DNA from: an uncultured delta proteobacterium | GTDB lineage: Bacteria > Myxococcota > Myxococcia > Myxococcales > Myxococcaceae | Length of the DNA: 64,000 nt | NCBI GenBank assembly: GCA_963771175.1 | Contig: CAVYSY010000044.1 | Coordinates: 139,722-203,721 of the forward strand | Direction of reading: 5' to 3' | In this document: positions 1-11,242 of the stretch, in pieces | Layout: every line of letters begins with the position of its first letter | Numbering within the stretch: the first letter of the stretch is position 1 | Notes under the pieces: generated by a model | Databases searched by the model: none | Seen by the model: the letters and a program-made list of their open reading frames with translations, nothing else | Told to the model about the DNA's origin: nothing | Translations under genes and position numbers: made by a program

Positions 1-1
1 C

Positions 2-457
2 ATGGGAGCCATGGCGCTCACGCTGCTCCTGGCCAGCGCCCTCCTCTACCGCCAGACGCGCGAGGTGCGCGGCGAGGGCGCGCAGGTGGAGTTCTCCAAC
101 CCCTTCGCGCTCGGCTCGGCGCTCAAGTTCACCCTGCTCTTCGCGGGGGTGCTGCTGGGCTCGCGCGCGGCCACCGAGTACCTCGGCAGCCGGGGCGCGT
201 ACCTCGCGGGCCTGCTGGCGGGGCTCACCGACGTGGACGCCATCACCCTCTCCATGGCGAAGCTGGCGCAGGGGGGCTCCGTGTCCGAGCAGGTGGCCGT
301 CACCACCCTCTTCCTCGGCACGGCGGCCAACACCCTCACCAAGGGGGTGATGGCGGCGGTGGTGGGCGGGTGGAGCTTCGGCCGCCAGGTGCTGCTCACC
401 TTCGGCGCCACGCTGGCCGTGGGCGCGGGGGCGCTCGCCGTGACGTACTGGTGGTGA
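2..457 (+). CDS. MgtC/SapB-DUF4010 family membrane protein, C-terminal part (5' end outside window)
   Basis: Hydrophobic ORF with NPFALGSALKF and LAGLTDVDAITLS motifs typical of DUF4010. Confidence 0.8.
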   Translation: MGAMALTLLLASALLYRQTREVRGEGAQVEFSNPFALGSALKFTLLFAGVLLGSRAATEYLGSRGAYLAGLLAGLTDVDAITLSMAKLAQGGSVSEQVAVTTLFLGTAANTLTKGVMAAVVGGWSFGRQVLLTFGATLAVGAGALAVTYWW

Positions 458-773
458 GCCCGTCACGCACGCCCCTCCGAATACGAGCGGACAGTTGGCG
501 TCGCGGAATCGAAAGCCACCCGACACTCAACCCGGACTTTCGACGGAGACCGCGTCCCCCCGCGACGGACGCGACATAAACTTCCGGAAGCACTGAAGCC
601 GCACCATCGGACGTACCCATTCGGCCCGAGAGGTTTCAACACGTCCACCAGCGAGCCGGCCGTCCGGGGGGAAGGGTCGACGCACTGGTGCCAAGGGGGG
701 ATTCACCGGGCGCGCATCCGGGGGACATGGGGCCCCGGGTTGCCGCGCCCGGTGTCTTTGCGGGCTCCGGCGC

Positions 774-1348
774 TCAGCGAGGCGCCTGGTACTCGAGACC
801 GCGGCAGGCCTCGGTGGCCAGGGACACCTCCTCCGGGGTGACGCCGGGGAAGGTGGCGCACAGGAAGAGGTCCTTCCCCAGGCGCCGGGCGCCGAAGAGC
901 GCCGGGTACTGCGCCCCACGCCCCCATCCGCCAGCTTCGGCGCGAGCGTCACCCGGACGAGCGTGAAGTCCTCGCCTCCCTCCTCCAGCTCCAACGAGCG
1001 CTCGAAGCCCTCGAAGGTCTGCCCAGGGACTCGGCGAGGGCCTCGGCGGAGGGCAACTGCGCGCCCTGGCCGCTGCGCAGGTCCACCCGGAGCACCGGGT
1101 GCCCCGGAGGGCCGAACTGGAAGCTGCCATCCGGTGCCACCTGCGCCGTCCAGCCCGGAGGGCATGGGCACCTTCACGCCCATCCGCCGCGGGGGAGCCG
1201 GCCGCCCTTCCGGAACTTCCGCCTCCGGAGTGACGGTCGACTCCTCCTCGCTCGGCCGCGAGCGCTCCCCGCAACCGTCGCAGCCGGACGCCAGCATGGC
1301 GAGCGCCACCAGGGCGGCGCGGACATGCGGGCGCCCGGCGGCGCGCAC
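774..1348 (-). CDS. Hypothetical lipoprotein, split over several frames
   Basis: Lipobox-like LASGC in ORF 527..1348; coding-like segments continue in ORFs 949..1140 and 774..1367; start overlaps the bactofilin stop. Confidence 0.55.
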
Positions 1349-1794
1349 TACTTCTTGCCCTCGCCACCCGGCGGCGGCGGGTTCTTCCCGAGGTTCTCCA
1401 TCTTGCTGGTGCCCTCGAAGATGACGCCGCGGTCCATGGTGAGCGCGGGCGACTCGAGGTTGCCCTTCACGCGCGCCGGCGCATGCAGCTCGATGAGCTG
1501 CGTGGCCCGCACGTTGCCCTCCACGGTGCCGTTGATGATGACGGTGCCGGCGTTGATTTCCGCCTGCACGCGGGCCCCATCACCGACGACGAGCACGTCC
1601 TTGGTGAAAATCTGGCCGTTGAACTTCCCGTCGATGCGAACCTGCCCCTCGAAGGTGAGCTTCCCCTCGAACTCGCTGCCCTTGCCCAGCAGCGTGTGAA
1701 CCTCACCCGGACGCGTTGCCACCGATTCATCCTCCCGTCTGCCGCCTAGTAGCGGTACGTTGATTTTTTCGTCTTTCTTGCCGAGGAGCGCCAC
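1348..1794 (-). CDS. bacM: Bactofilin (polymer-forming cytoskeletal protein), BacM-like
   Basis: TLLGKGSEFEGKLTFEGQVRIDGKFNG...GVIFEG bactofilin beta-helix signature; directly downstream of parB as in Myxococcus. Confidence 0.9.
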   Translation of the reverse strand: MALLGKKDEKINVPLLGGRREDESVATRPGEVHTLLGKGSEFEGKLTFEGQVRIDGKFNGQIFTKDVLVVGDGARVQAEINAGTVIINGTVEGNVRATQLIELHAPARVKGNLESPALTMDRGVIFEGTSKMENLGKNPPPPGGEGKK

Positions 1795-1797
1795 GCG

Positions 1798-2709
1798 CTA
1801 CTCCTTCCTGAGTACCTTCAGGATTCGATCGAGGTCATCGTACGAGAAGTAGTCGACCTCGATGGTGCCTTTTCCACTGCCCTTCTCCACCAGACGCACT
1901 TTGGTGCCCAGGGTGCGCTGCATCTCCTCCACCAGGGACTTCACCTGGGGGCTCTGCTTCTGCGGCCTGGCCGACTCCTTGGCCTTGGTGCCCTTGGCCT
2001 GCTGCACCAGCTTCTCGGTGTCGCGCACGCTGAGCTTGCGGGCCGCCACCTGCTGGGCCAGCTCCGTCATCTCGGGCAGGCGGGGCACGCCGAGCAGCGC
2101 GCGGGCGTGACCGGCGCTCAGCGCGCCCTCGCCCACCATGCGCTTCACGTCCTCGGGCAGGCCGAGCAGGCGCAGCGCATTGGCCACCGTGGAGCGCTCC
2201 TTGCCGACGCGCTGGGCCACCTGCTCCTGGGTGAGGCCGAACTCCTCGACGAGGCGGTGATAGCCCTCGGCCTCTTCCATGGGGTTGAGGTCCGCGCGCT
2301 GGAGGTTCTCCACCAGGGCGAGCTCGAAGGCCTCGACCTCCGTCACCTCGCGGATGATGGCCGGAATCTCGTGGAGGCCGGCGAGCTGCGAGGCGCGCCA
2401 GCGCCGCTCACCGGCGATGATTTTGTAGCCGTCCCCATCCTTGCGCACGAGCACCGGCATCAGGACGCCCTGCGCCTTGATGGACTCGGTGAGCTCGCGC
2501 AGCTTCTCCTCGTCGAAGTGGCGGCGAGGCTGGAGGGTGTCGCGGTGGATGGCCTCGATGGGGAGCTTCGTCACGCCGTTCTTCGGCGGGGCGACGGGCT
2601 CGGGAGGAGCCACCACCGCCACCGCGGCTGCGGGAGGCGGAGCGGCCTGGGGGATGAGGGCGGAGAGGCCACGGCCCAACGCCCGCTTCTGCTTGTCACC
2701 ATTCACCAC
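1798..2709 (-). CDS. parB: Chromosome partitioning protein ParB
   Basis: KRALGRGLSAL N-terminus, IIAGERRWRA box, ENLQRADL, HTH region. Confidence 0.97.
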   Translation of the reverse strand: MVNGDKQKRALGRGLSALIPQAAPPPAAAVAVVAPPEPVAPPKNGVTKLPIEAIHRDTLQPRRHFDEEKLRELTESIKAQGVLMPVLVRKDGDGYKIIAGERRWRASQLAGLHEIPAIIREVTEVEAFELALVENLQRADLNPMEEAEGYHRLVEEFGLTQEQVAQRVGKERSTVANALRLLGLPEDVKRMVGEGALSAGHARALLGVPRLPEMTELAQQVAARKLSVRDTEKLVQQAKGTKAKESARPQKQSPQVKSLVEEMQRTLGTKVRLVEKGSGKGTIEVDYFSYDDLDRILKVLRKE

Positions 2710-2987
2710 TGCGTCGTCTCCGCCGGGGTACGCCCCCGGCCCGCTGCACCGTGACGAGAGGGCTCGTCCGGTCGGGTCCGGTGCTTCGCCGCCGCCGGGT
2801 GGACCCGCTGAACCGGCGTGCGGGCTCGAAGAGAGGAACTGCTCCGAGCCGTGTCCTACGGTTGCCGCCGGGTGGACTCCCCGGAGCCGGGTGCTTCGTC
2901 CGCGCCCACCTCCCTTGAGGATGCGGGCGGGGGAGGGCCTGCTCGGAGCCCGCCTATATAAGGATGCGGGCGGAGCGGGCTCGCGAG

Positions 2988-3788
2988 CTAGGCGACCTTG
3001 CGAGCGGGAGGCGGCTGGGACTCGCGCTGCATGATTTCGCGGCCGAGCGCCAGGTAGCTCTCACAGCCCTTGGACTTGATGTCGTAGAGGATGATGGGCT
3101 TGCCGAAGGAGGGGCACTCGGACAGGCGCACGTTGCGCGGGACGACGGCCGTGAAGACCTGCTCCTTGAAGAAGCCGCGCACGTCGTCCACCACCTGGTG
3201 GGCGATGTTGGCCCGCGCGTCGAACATGGTGAGGAGAATCCCCTCCATCTTCAGCCCCGGGTTGAAGGCCTGCCGCACCAGGTCGATGGTGTGGTTGAGC
3301 TGGGAGAGGCCCTCGAGCGCGTAGTACTCGCACTGCAGCGGGATGAGCACCGAGTCCGCGGCGATCAGCGAGTTGAGCGTGAGCAGCCCGAGCGAGGGCG
3401 GGCAGTCGATGAGGATGTAGTCGTACTGCTCGGCCACGGGGCGGAGCGCGTCGCGGAGGCGGAACTCGCGGCGCTCCTGGCTGACGAGCTCGACCTCGGC
3501 GCCGGTGAGGTCCGGGGTGGCGGGGACGACCTGGAGGTAGCGCAGCTCGGTGGGGTGGATGAGCTCGCTGATGGGGCGACCGCCGAGGAGCGCGTCATAG
3601 ACGGTGCCCTGGAGCGACTCCCGCTTGAGCCCGAGCCCGCTGCCGGCATTCCCCTGGGGGTCCATGTCGACGAGGAGCACCTTGCGCTCAGCGGAGGCGA
3701 GGCTCGCGGCGAGGTTGATGGCGGTGGTCGTCTTACCGACGCCGCCCTTCTGGTTGGAGATGCAGATGATTCGACCCACGTGGCCCAT
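2988..3788 (-). CDS. parA: Chromosome partitioning ATPase ParA/Soj
   Basis: Deviant Walker [25 protein letters not shown]; start at ATG 3788 or GTG 3779 (AAGGA upstream of the GTG). Confidence 0.97.
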   Translation of the reverse strand: MGHVGRIICISNQKGGVGKTTTAINLAASLASAERKVLLVDMDPQGNAGSGLGLKRESLQGTVYDALLGGRPISELIHPTELRYLQVVPATPDLTGAEVELVSQERREFRLRDALRPVAEQYDYILIDCPPSLGLLTLNSLIAADSVLIPLQCEYYALEGLSQLNHTIDLVRQAFNPGLKMEGILLTMFDARANIAHQVVDDVRGFFKEQVFTAVVPRNVRLSECPSFGKPIILYDIKSKGCESYLALGREIMQRESQPPPARKVA

Positions 3789-4192
3789 CCTTGCGACGCC
3801 CCGGGAGTACCGGGGGCTCTGCGGGGGAGGCATGTACCGGACCCGCATTGATCCACCAAATCGGCGTCTGATCCAGTCCACGACCGGATCAGACTTCTAG
3901 CTCGCCTGCCTGACATGCCTCCGGCGTGAGAACCCCGTCCGCCCGCGGGAGGATTCCCCCACTCCGGCCGGAAAAGAGACGGAGAGAGGGGCACGGCGGG
4001 CCCGGAGGAGCGCCGGGAGCCGCATCCGTGCATCAAAGACTCGCACACGCACCAGACCCAGAGAGGACCAGCGACTGGAGGCGAGCACTGGCGGAAACAC
4101 GCGCATCGGAGAACACGCCCCGAAAGACAGCCCCCGGCGAGGGGCTGGCCCGACCCCACCTGGATGACCGATCCACCGCCCCGCCCGATGGG

Positions 4193-6404
4193 CGTTCCAC
4201 GTGGAACACGCACCGAGGGCCCGTCACCCGGCGGAGCGTCCGCCCCTGGCCGGTGCGGGCGGCCCTGGCGCGACTCATGAGGAACCCACGCGCCACCTGG
4301 GGGACACACCACGCTCCTGTTGGGCCCGCCCACGCGCCAGGAATGGGCCGGCACGTTCCACGTGGAACACGGCCGCTTCGACCAGGTCGTCTCCCTTCGC
4401 CCAGCGTGTTCCCGGAACCGACGACCGAGGCCAGCGGCCAGAACTCGCGAATACACCCTCCACCAGGACCCCCGCCTTCCGCCCCGATGGACTCTCCCCA
4501 TGTGCCAGTGAGTGGGGACACGTTCCACGTGGAACACGGCCGCGCCGACCGCCTCCGCTCAGCCTCCCCCGACGCGCTCCCGGAACCGATGGCCGAGGCC
4601 AGGACAGAACTGGTGGGCCTCTCGTTCCGCCTGGGGCCCGCCTCCCGTCCTGAGGGATTCGCCCGTGAGCCGGGAAGCGGGGACGTGTTCCACGTGGAAC
4701 AAGAACCGCCCGCCCTTCACCTCCGCTCCGAACATGCTCCGGAGCTGGCGGCCCGTGCCTCAACGCAGAACTGGCTGAAACACGTTCCACGTGGAACACG
4801 CCCCCTGGCGCAGCCCCTGGTGAGGGGAATCGGGCGGCACGTTCCACGTGGAACAGGGATGCGAGGCTTCCACCACCGCCAGCACCCGCCCCCAGCCGAC
4901 CGGGTTGGCTGCCCCATCGCCCTGGCGAGGACTGTTCCACGTGGAACACGCACGGTCAGACATGGCTCCACCACTCGCCGCTGTCCGCCGGTCCCCGACC
5001 GAGGCGCCCGCCCTGATGACAGGGATTGGGCGGCTCCTTCCCCCGCCGCTGACTGGCTCGAAGCCGACTCCCCCGCGCACGTTCCACGTGGAACATCGCC
5101 CGCCGCACGCGCGACCCTCATTCCCTGCCAGGGACGAGCAGCCCCTCCTGTCTTGAATGACCGGGGAGGACAATCCCCAGGCACGTTCCACGTGGAACAC
5201 ATTCCGGTGGAAGGGGTCCCCCACCCCTCGCCTCGCAACGCACGCCTCCCAACCAGAAACCAAGCGGCCCTCCCCCTCCCCGCGAAGGGTCGAGGCACGA
5301 ACCTCCCAGGTTTGTTCCACGTGGAACACAGGCCGGAGGGACGAGGTGCCAGTTCCACCCGCGTGGCCCTCTGCCAGGGATGGAGTCGCCCTCCCCCTCC
5401 CACGAGAGGTCGAGGTGAAACACCTCCCAGGCACGTTTCACGTGGAACACGTTCCGGCGGGGCGAGTCGCCCGCCCCACCGCCACTCCCACTTTCCGTTG
5501 CCAGGGATTGAGCCGCCCTCCCCTGCGCCGGGTTGCAGCGCGGACCACTCAGGCACGTTCCACGTGGAACACGCTCCGGCCGGAGGGCTCCCTTCATCGC
5601 GCCATGACTCCCCTCCTGGCGGGAAACGCGCCTCGCCTTCTGTTGCGGACGCAGGGGTCGAGGCGAAGAACCTCCCGGTCACGTTCCACGTGGAACACAC
5701 GGGGTCGGACCCCGGCTCCGTTCCGCCCCGGAGCTCCGTCTCCCGCCCCCAGGCATCCGCCCACGCCACGCGGGGGGCGCGGAACGTTCCTCGGGTCAAC
5801 GCCTCCCGGGCGTTCCGGGCGCTCCCAGCAGCACCGCCCCCAGGGCGCGGATGACCCGTTCAATTATCTCCGCGTAGTTCGCCAGATGCGGCCGCAGGTG
5901 CTTCATCAACTCCGTCTGGCTGTTGGAGAGCAATCTCTCGAAGTCCATGCCGCTATCGAGCTGGGTCTTGTATTGCCCCAGCAGCTCCGTGCGCATCCGC
6001 GCATCCAGGTCGCTCCCCGCCTTCAACGCCCCCAGGAAATTCAGCGCCGCATCGACAGCGCGGCCCGCTTCCTCTCCGAAGTACAAGCGGGCGAGCAGCG
6101 GCTGCATGAAGCCAGTTCCGGTGGGCCAGCCACGCCGTCAGCACGGAGCCGACGATGGCGAAACACGCGGTGATGTAGGGGGCGAGCGACTGCACGACCT
6201 GAAGCGCGTCCGTCCGCATCCCCCCGCCTCCTCACCGCCCGTGTCGCCCCCACGCTCCTTCCAGAACCGGGCGCTCGCACCGCCTGTCTCGAAGAGAACC
6301 TCCGCTCCGCCCCGCACACCACTCGGGCGAAAACCCCAAGCTACTCAGCGGTCTCCACTCCCACCACGAGACCCTCGGGCCCTCTCGCTGTTCCACGTGG
6401 AACA
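4193..6404. promoter_or_regulatory. parS: parS cluster: 14 copies of the 16-bp palindrome (C/T)GTT(C/T)CACGTGGAACA
   Basis: Sites start at 4193, 4354, 4521, 4686, 4783, 4840, 4933, 5080, 5184, 5313, 5434, 5556, 5682 and 6389; match the bacterial parS consensus; adjacent to parAB. Confidence 0.96.
5796..6219 (-). CDS. Hypothetical protein with N-terminal TM segment (one frameshift near 6107)
   Basis: ORF 5953..6219 N-terminus (MRTDALQVV...IVGSVLTAWL) joins ORF 5796..6107. Confidence 0.5.
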
Positions 6405-6780
6405 CGACAGCCCGGACACGGTCTCACTCCCTCGGGGAAGTCACCGAGGAGGCTGGAGGGATTCCTCTACCGGTCGGAGCTCAACGAGCGGCTGGACATC
6501 GGATTCAACCGCTTCGTCTGGGGGCGCGAGGGCCGAACGTGGTGTTCGCTCCGCTCCGCGCTCGCCGCATGACTCGGATGCGGGCGCGGGCCGCGCAAGG
6601 GCGAGGAGCTCCTTCTCGGGCTCAGGGTCCGCGAGCAGCCTGGAGCCAGACGCCTGGAGCGCTGGCCTTCCGCCTCGAGGACACCCCGCGCAACACCGGA
6701 GACCTGATTCGCTCGTACCGGGCGGGCGGGCAGCCTCATGTGCCCGTCCCGCTCTCGGGGAGAGGGGGCCTCGCTCGGGT

Positions 6781-7221
6781 TCAACCCGGGGTGTGCATCA
6801 CCATCGGCCGGAAACCGAGCACGAGCTGATCTCCATCCTCCTCGATGAATCCCACCAGCACGGGCAACGCCGCGTAGAGGTCCTTGTACTCCTCGAAGAG
6901 GAGGAACCGTCCACCGACCTCGGGCGCCAGGGAGACCACCGTGCGCGACTCGCGCGGAACCAGCCGCACCTTGCCCGAGAGCTCGCCGCCCGCGGTGAAG
7001 AGCCGCAGTCCGAGGTCCATGAAGTCGGCGACTCCGTACTGGTAGCCCACCGAGGCCTCGGGTCCGACCTCGTCGGTGCCGTGGAGCTGCACGGTCCCTC
7101 GGATGTTCCAGCGGCTGTTGCCCGCGCCCAGGGTGTCGGCCGTCTGCAGCGCTCCCGCGGTGACGCAGCCCCACGATGAGAGACAGGAGCAGAGCAGGAG
7201 CAGGACTCGGAGTGGATGCAT
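6781..7221 (-). CDS. Hypothetical lipoprotein, possible outer-membrane beta-strand protein (3' end uncertain)
   Basis: Signal peptide with SWGC lipobox, then QTADTLGAG and alternating beta-strand pattern. Confidence 0.55.
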   Translation of the reverse strand: MHPLRVLLLLCSCLSSWGCVTAGALQTADTLGAGNSRWNIRGTVQLHGTDEVGPEASVGYQYGVADFMDLGLRLFTAGGELSGKVRLVPRESRTVVSLAPEVGGRFLLFEEYKDLYAALPVLVGFIEEDGDQLVLGFRPMVMHTPG

Positions 7222-7428
7222 GAGAGTGAGAGGAGCCTCGAGTGCGGGTTGGAGGTGCATCGACGCGAAGCCTACGTGCCCCCAGCGCCTCTTCCGGAAA
7301 GAGGGTTGCCAGATGGAAGTGCTTCGCTGGCACCCTGCCCAGAAATAGAAAGAGGCGCCCGCCACGAAGCGAGCGCCTCTCTTGATGTCCGGGAGGAGTT
7401 CGGGGTCCTCCCCTCCCCTGCTCCCGCG

Positions 7429-8093
7429 TTACTCCGCCTTCGCGAACACGGCCACCTGCCGCTCCGCGCCCGAGAACGGCAGCCGGTAGGCGCGCGCGGA
7501 CACGACGCTGCAGGCCCCGCTCCCCGGCCGCGCGCTCGCAGCTCGTCCTCGCCGGCGCCTTGCCCAGCATCGCCACCACCCGGCCTCCCGGCGCCACGTA
7601 GGCCGGCGCCAGGTCCAGCCAGTCCGGCAGGTCCATGAAGGCGCGCGCAATCAGCACCGGTCCGCGCGCGGCAGACCCTCGGCCTCGGGCTTGCCCTCGG
7701 CGCGCGCGTGCACCGCCTCGCACCCCGTGAGCCCCAGCCGCCACGGCCACCGCCGCCTTGAGGAAGCCCACCTTCTTGCCCACCGCGTCCACCAGCGTCA
7801 CCGCCAGCGACGGCTGCGCCATCTTCAGCGGCAGTCCCGGGAAGCCCGCTCCGGCGCCCAGGTCCAGCACGCGTCGCCGCGCCCTCCACCTCCGGCAGCA
7901 CCGCCAGCGAGTCCAGGAAGTGCTTCTCCAGCACCTCCTCCGGCGCGGTAATCGCCGTCAGGTTCACCTTCGCGTTCCACTTGAGCAGCTCGCCCATCAG
8001 CCGGAACAGCCGCGGCGGCACGTCCTCCGCCACCGTCACCCCCAGCGCCCGGCATCCCTGCTGAAGCTGATCGGCGAAGCGCGCGTTATCCAC
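7429..8093 (-). CDS. rsmG: 16S rRNA m7G527 methyltransferase RsmG (GidB), frameshifted in this sequence
   Basis: [37 protein letters not shown] motifs spread over frames. Confidence 0.93.
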
Positions 8094-8178
8094 AGCCGAC
8101 CTCCTCTACCCGGGGTCTCAACCCCTCGGAATCACTCGCACCCAGGGGTGCCCCAGAGTTCTCCACACCTTGTCCACA
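8086..8178 (+). promoter_or_regulatory. Three DnaA-box matches
   Basis: TTATCCACA 8086-8094 (perfect), TTCTCCACA 8159-8167, TTGTCCACA 8170-8178, all in the same orientation. Confidence 0.65.
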
Positions 8179-10057
8179 GCCCCCTGTGCGATCAGACGTC
8201 GCACTCCCGAGGGCCACCCGTCCCGCCCAACCCGCTCCCGCTTCAGCGCCACCAGCAGCAGCGAGAAGCGCCGCCGGGGTCAGCCCCGGGATCCGCCGCG
8301 CCTGCCCCACCGTCGCCGGCCGGTGCTGCGCGCAGCTTCTCCACCGCCTCCGCCGCACAGCCCTCGCACCGTCCCGTAGCGCGAAGTCCCCCGGGATCCG
8401 CCACGCGTCCCACGCCTCCGCCTCCCGCGCCGCCGCCCGCTCCGCCTGCACGATGTAGCCCTCGTACTTCACCTCCACCTCCACCTCCTCCGCCACGTCC
8501 GCGGACAGGGCCGGCCAGCCCTCCGGCCTCTCCGCCGCCAGCGCCGCGTACGTCACCTCGGGCCGCTTCAGCCGCGCCGCCAGCCCCGTGCGCTTGAGCC
8601 GCGCCACCTCCTCCGCCACCGCCCGGCCTCGCGCCTCCACCCGCTCCAGCACCTCGCGCGGACACCAGCCCCACCCGGTGCCCGTGCTTCGCCAGCCGCA
8701 GGTCCGCGTTGCCCTCGCGCAGCTTCAGCCGGTGCTCCGAGCGGCTGGTGAACATGCGGAAGGGCTCGTCCACCCCCTTCGTCACCAGCTCGTCCACCAG
8801 CACCGCGCCGTGCGCCTCGTCCCGGCCCGAGCACCAGCGCCGGCTCGCCCGCGCACCTGCAGCCCCGCCTGAATCCCCGCGTACAGCCCCTGGAACGCCG
8901 CCTCCTCGTAGCCCGAGGTGCCGTTGAGCTGCCCGGCGAAGTAGAGGCCCTCCACCGCCTTCGTCTCCAGCGTCGCGCTTCAGCTGCGTGGGCGGCGCGT
9001 AGTCGTACTCCACCGCGTAGCCGTAGCGCACCACCTCCACCTGCTCGAGCCCCGGGATGGTGCGCAGGAAGTCGAGCTGCACGTCCGCCGGCATGCTGGT
9101 GGAGAGCCCCGCCGGGTACACCAGCGGCGAGTCGGGGCCCTCCGGCTCGAGGAACACCTGGTGCCGCTCGCGCGCGGCGAAGCGCACCACCTTGTCCTCC
9201 AGCGACGGGCAGTAGCGCGGGCCCCGGCCGACAATCTCCCCCTGGAACAGCGGCGAGCGGTGCAGGTTCTCGCGCAGCAGCCGGTGCGTCTCCGGCGGTG
9301 GTGTACGTGAGCGCGCAGGTGACGGCGGGCTGGCGCGGGAAGGTCCCCTCCCCCGCAGCCCAGCGCGTGCGCGAGGAGAGCGGGCGCGGCGGCCAGTCCC
9401 CCGGCTGGGGCTGCACGCGCGTCCCAGTCGATGCTGTCGCGCACGAGGCGCGCCGGAGTGCCCGTCTTGAAGCGGCCCAGGGTGAAGCCGAGCGAGCGCA
9501 GCGAGTCGCGACAGGCCGCGCGCCGCCTCGTCGCCCGAGCCGCCCGCCCACCTCCTTCTTCTCGCCCACGTGCATCAGCGCCTGGAGGAAGGTGCCGGTG
9601 GTGAGCAGCACCGCGCGCGCCGCCACCTGCGTGCCGTCGCCGAGCACCACGCCCGCCACGCGCCCGCCCTCGGCCGACCACGGCGGACACCTCGCCCTCG
9701 TGCACGGTGAGGTCCGGGTTGGGCCCACAGCACCGACTGCATGGTGCGCGCGTAGGCCTCCCGGTCGCACAGCACGCGCGTGGCCTGCACCGCCGGGCCC
9801 TTGGAGGCGTTCAGCGTCTTGAAGTGCGTGCCCGCGAGGTCCGCCACGCGGCCCATCTCGCCGCCGAGCGCGTCCAGCTCGCGCACCAGGTGGCCCTTGG
9901 CCGTGCCGCCCACCGCCGGGTTGCAGCTCATGACGGCGGCGCGCTCGCGCTTGAGGGTGAGGCCGAGGGTGTCCAGGCCCATGCGCGCGCAGGCGAGCGC
10001 GGCCTCGCAGCCCGCATGGCCCAGGCCCACCACGATGACGTCGTACCGCTGCTTCAT
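8086..10057 (-). CDS. mnmG: tRNA uridine modification enzyme MnmG (GidA), multiple frameshifts; 3' end approximate
   Basis: [69 protein letters not shown] motifs. Confidence 0.95.
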
Positions 10058-10260
10058 TCGCCAGGGGGGAGGGCGGGCAGGCGACTCGCGCTCGCCCGGG
10101 TGGAGCCTCACTTCTCACGCGATGGACGGGGGAAGGCAAGTCAGCTGAGCAACGTCACCGCCATGGAGGACCGTTCCTCCCGCCGCCCCACCGGGCCGGC
10201 AGGCAGTCCGAGCCGCGAGAGTCCGTGGGACGGATACTGCAGGTCCTGAGTCCTCTGAAG

Positions 10261-10346
10261 AAGGTCCGTGCAGAAGGGGGGGCCGCCGGGCGCGTTCTTG
10301 AAAAACCTGTCCGACAGTCGGACAGGTTTCTGAAAAGCGCGCCGGG
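10261..10346. repeat. Palindromic dispersed repeat, copy 1 (core AAACCTGTCCGAC-A-GTCGGACAGGTTT at 10303-10329)
   Basis: Perfect 13-bp arms with 1-nt spacer; ~85-bp homolog in inverted orientation at ~52567-52650. Confidence 0.85.
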
Positions 10347-10403
10347 AGCCAGACCCGTCGGTTCCGCTACCGACCGCTGGGCCCGAGCCTCTACCGTCGC
10401 CGA

Positions 10404-11186
10404 ATGACCTTTTCGACACAGACGATACAAGGGCCCGCGGGGCGGCTCGCCGTCACCACCGCAGGTGAGGGAGGGGTGCCTGTCCTCTTCGTGCACGGCA
10501 ACAGCGGCAACCGGACGCAGTGGGCGGCGCAGCAGGCGCACCTGAAGCAGCGCAGTGTGTCCTTCGACCTGCGGGGCATGGGCGAGTCGGAGCCGGACGC
10601 GGCGGGCCGCTACCACTACCGGGAGCTGGCCGAGGACGTGGGGGCGGTGGCGGACGCGCTGGGGCTCGAGCGCTTCGTGCTGGTGGGGCACAGCCTCGGC
10701 TGCGCGGTGGTGGCCGAGTACGCGGGGCGCCATCCCGAGCGCGTGGTGGGACTGGTGCTCGGAGACCCCGGGGACAGCGTGAAGGACCTGCCGCCGCAGG
10801 TGGTGGAGGCCTTCCGAGCGATGTTCCACCCGGAGCGCTACGAGGCCGGGCGCCTGAGGTGGTTCGAGCCGTTCCTGCGCGACGCGAAGCCGGAGACGCG
10901 CACGGCGGTGCTCGACTCGCTGTGCGCCACGCCGCGCGAGGTGGTGTACGGGGCCATCTGGAGCATGTTGGAGCTGGACCCGGCGGAGCAGCTCGCGCGC
11001 TACCCGGGCCCGAGGCTCGTCATCGCCGCGGCCCATACGCTGGAGACGTTCGGAGACAGGGCGCTGCACCGAGTAGTGCCCGGAATCGAGCTGAAGGCAC
11101 TCTCGGGGGTGAGCCACTGGCTGATGATGGATGACCCGGAGGGCTTCAACGCCGCGCTGGACGCATTCCTCCTCCGAGTGGCTTGA
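10404..11186 (+). CDS. Alpha/beta fold hydrolase
   Basis: FVHGNSG, DLRGMGES, GHSLG nucleophile elbow, C-terminal SHWL. Confidence 0.9.
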   Translation: MTFSTQTIQGPAGRLAVTTAGEGGVPVLFVHGNSGNRTQWAAQQAHLKQRSVSFDLRGMGESEPDAAGRYHYRELAEDVGAVADALGLERFVLVGHSLGCAVVAEYAGRHPERVVGLVLGDPGDSVKDLPPQVVEAFRAMFHPERYEAGRLRWFEPFLRDAKPETRTAVLDSLCATPREVVYGAIWSMLELDPAEQLARYPGPRLVIAAAHTLETFGDRALHRVVPGIELKALSGVSHWLMMDDPEGFNAALDAFLLRVA

Positions 11187-11242
11187 CGGTGCGGGATGCT
11201 CCGAGGGGAAGTCGGACCTCCACTCGAACCGGAAGGACTCCC

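Noticed and set aside
4193..5697. CRISPR-like repeat-spacer appearance
   Set aside because: The repeat is the 16-bp parS palindrome, spacing is irregular (57-167 bp), it adjoins parAB and no cas genes are present.
5785..5800. 15th parS (CGTTCCTCGGGTCAAC)
   Set aside because: Too many mismatches in the right half.
3365..6173. Long ORFs 3926..5854, 3365..4537, 4717..5799, 5157..6173 with FHVEH/VPRGT/STWN repeats
   Set aside because: Translation artefacts of parS palindromes in GC-rich non-coding DNA.
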